From Candidatus Actinomarina sp. (GTDB taxonomy: Bacteria; Actinomycetota; Acidimicrobiia; Actinomarinales; Actinomarinaceae), in assembly GCA_038142145.1 (NCBI GenBank), contig JAYQJM010000005.1, positions 451,816 to 515,815 of the forward strand: 64,000 bases of DNA, given 5' to 3'. This document shows, piece after piece, positions 63,415 through 64,000 of the stretch (position 1 is its first letter; the number at the start of each line of letters is the position of its first letter). Both the position numbers and the translations under genes were made by a program. The notes beneath the pieces were generated by a model. The model ran no database searches and was not told where the DNA came from. It saw nothing but the letters and a program-made list of their open reading frames with translations.

Positions 63415-64000
63415 TAAAAAGGTGTTTCTGTATATTCTTTAATAAGTGATTCATTATTATTTCGTGGATTATTTACGGCCTTATCAACTTCATGATATGT
63501 AACTTTGTCATAGTCATAATTATTTACTCCATCATATATTTCACCAGAATCAATATCGGAGTTCCAAATAGCCAACTCGTCATCATTTAGTATTAATGGT
63601 GATCTATTATGAACAACATTTAAGCTACTAGAAGCCTCTCTTGTAATTATGCTTGTTTCTATTTCACCACTGCTTCTTGTCCAAAATAAACCTGCAGCAA
63701 ACATGGTTGAATTATTGGAAAAATAATATGGAGTTTTGTTTTCTCCATCACGTTTCCATTCGTACCATCCAGAAATAGGAATTATGCATCTATTGTTTTT
63801 AAATGCAGATTGAAAAGTTTTCTTTTCTTGTACGGATTCGAAACGAGTATTGAACAGTGGTCTAGAGTTTGCTTGTGATTTTAACCAATCTGGATAATAT
63901 CCCCACGTTGTCATAGTTAAGTTATTATTTATAATTGCCGGTACTTTACTTTGTGGAGAAATATTAAAATTTGGTTCAAATTCAAACTCTTCAATATTCG
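63414..64000 (-). CDS. SOS response-associated peptidase (SRAP/YedK family), partial: N-terminus lies beyond the right edge
   Basis: The track starts it at Met 63914, but my translation shows the frame stays open to position 64000 (..NIEEFEFEPNFNISPQSKVPAIINNNLTMTTWGYYPDW..). NISPQ..VP.I......WG..P.W, NNRCIIPISGWYEW and HNRSPLIL are SRAP hallmarks. Confidence 0.8.
   Translation of the reverse strand, partial: NIEEFEFEPNFNISPQSKVPAIINNNLTMTTWGYYPDWLKSQANSRPLFNTRFESVQEKKTFQSAFKNNRCIIPISGWYEWKRDGENKTPYYFSNNSTMFAAGLFWTRSSGEIETSIITREASSSLNVVHNRSPLILNDDELAIWNSDIDSGEIYDGVNNYDYDKVTYHEVDKAVNNPRNNNESLIKEYTETPF

Noticed and set aside
48000-64000. A search for integrase, transposase, recombinase, toxin-antitoxin or known defense-system genes that would explain the tRNA fragments.
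   Set aside because: No ORF in the track shows tyrosine- or serine-recombinase, DDE transposase, restriction-modification, Cas or abortive-infection hallmarks that I can recognise. The island interpretation therefore rests on the tRNA fragments, composition and gene content only.

Overview
The window is very AT-rich (about 23-38% G+C in the 60-nt lines I hand-counted) and extremely gene-dense bacterial chromosome. No rRNA, CRISPR array, integrase or transposase is visible.

**(1) Positions 1-26,843.** An unbroken minus-strand train of 30 housekeeping genes: fmt, def, priA-like, coaBC, rpoZ, gmk, mihF, nusB, efp, mltG, ruvX, alaS, aspS, hisS, an MBL hydrolase, rel, secF, secD, yajC, tgt, queA, a small nuclease, yebC, pdxT, pdxS, pimA-like, patA-like, pgsA, a membrane protein and thrS. 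Gaps are at most 21 nt and many start/stop codons overlap. The order is a miniature of the conserved actinobacterial thrS->nusB and mihF->fmt blocks as I recall them from Mycobacterium. I therefore infer a genome-streamlined, low-GC actinobacterium, possibly marine and Actinomarinales-like. That taxonomic placement is an inference only.

**(2) Positions 26.9-48.5 kb.** Metabolic and envelope genes:
- a cyclophilin lipoprotein and a PaaI thioesterase
- two LLM/F420-type oxidoreductases
- an ABC-2 exporter
- tandem DUF3048 paralogs and an ALDH-like protein
- gcvH-T-PA-PB, an atypical SDR, a GH1 beta-glucosidase and glpK
- a TauE permease and cspA

**(3) Positions 48.5-64 kb.** An accessory-looking region:
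- orphan Cys-rich lipoproteins, one with an HExxH motif
- membrane proteins and a PAF-acetylhydrolase-like lipase
- a racemase, a short MGMT, typA and an aldo/keto reductase
- a GC-elevated holin-like gene and a divergent PanB-like gene
- two DUF1295 paralogs, one intact tRNA-Val(GAC) and a partial SRAP gene

**Best leads:**
- (a) A 117-aa Hjc-like PD-(D/E)xK nuclease sits exactly where Actinobacteria normally carry ruvC-ruvA-ruvB.
- (b) Two 47-nt tRNA 3' fragments, Val-UAC and Phe-GAA, each run from the anticodon stem to the discriminator base. They look like relic attachment sites of integrative elements. The Phe fragment sits inside compositionally atypical DNA.
- (c) A PriA relic lacks helicase and zinc motifs.
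- (d) The PatA-like acyltransferase of the PI/PIM lipid cluster is frameshifted.
- (e) One of the tandem DUF3048 paralogs is fused to peptidoglycan-binding repeats.

**Limits.** All calls rest on motif-level reading of the supplied ORF track plus my own hand translations. No searches or folding programs were run.
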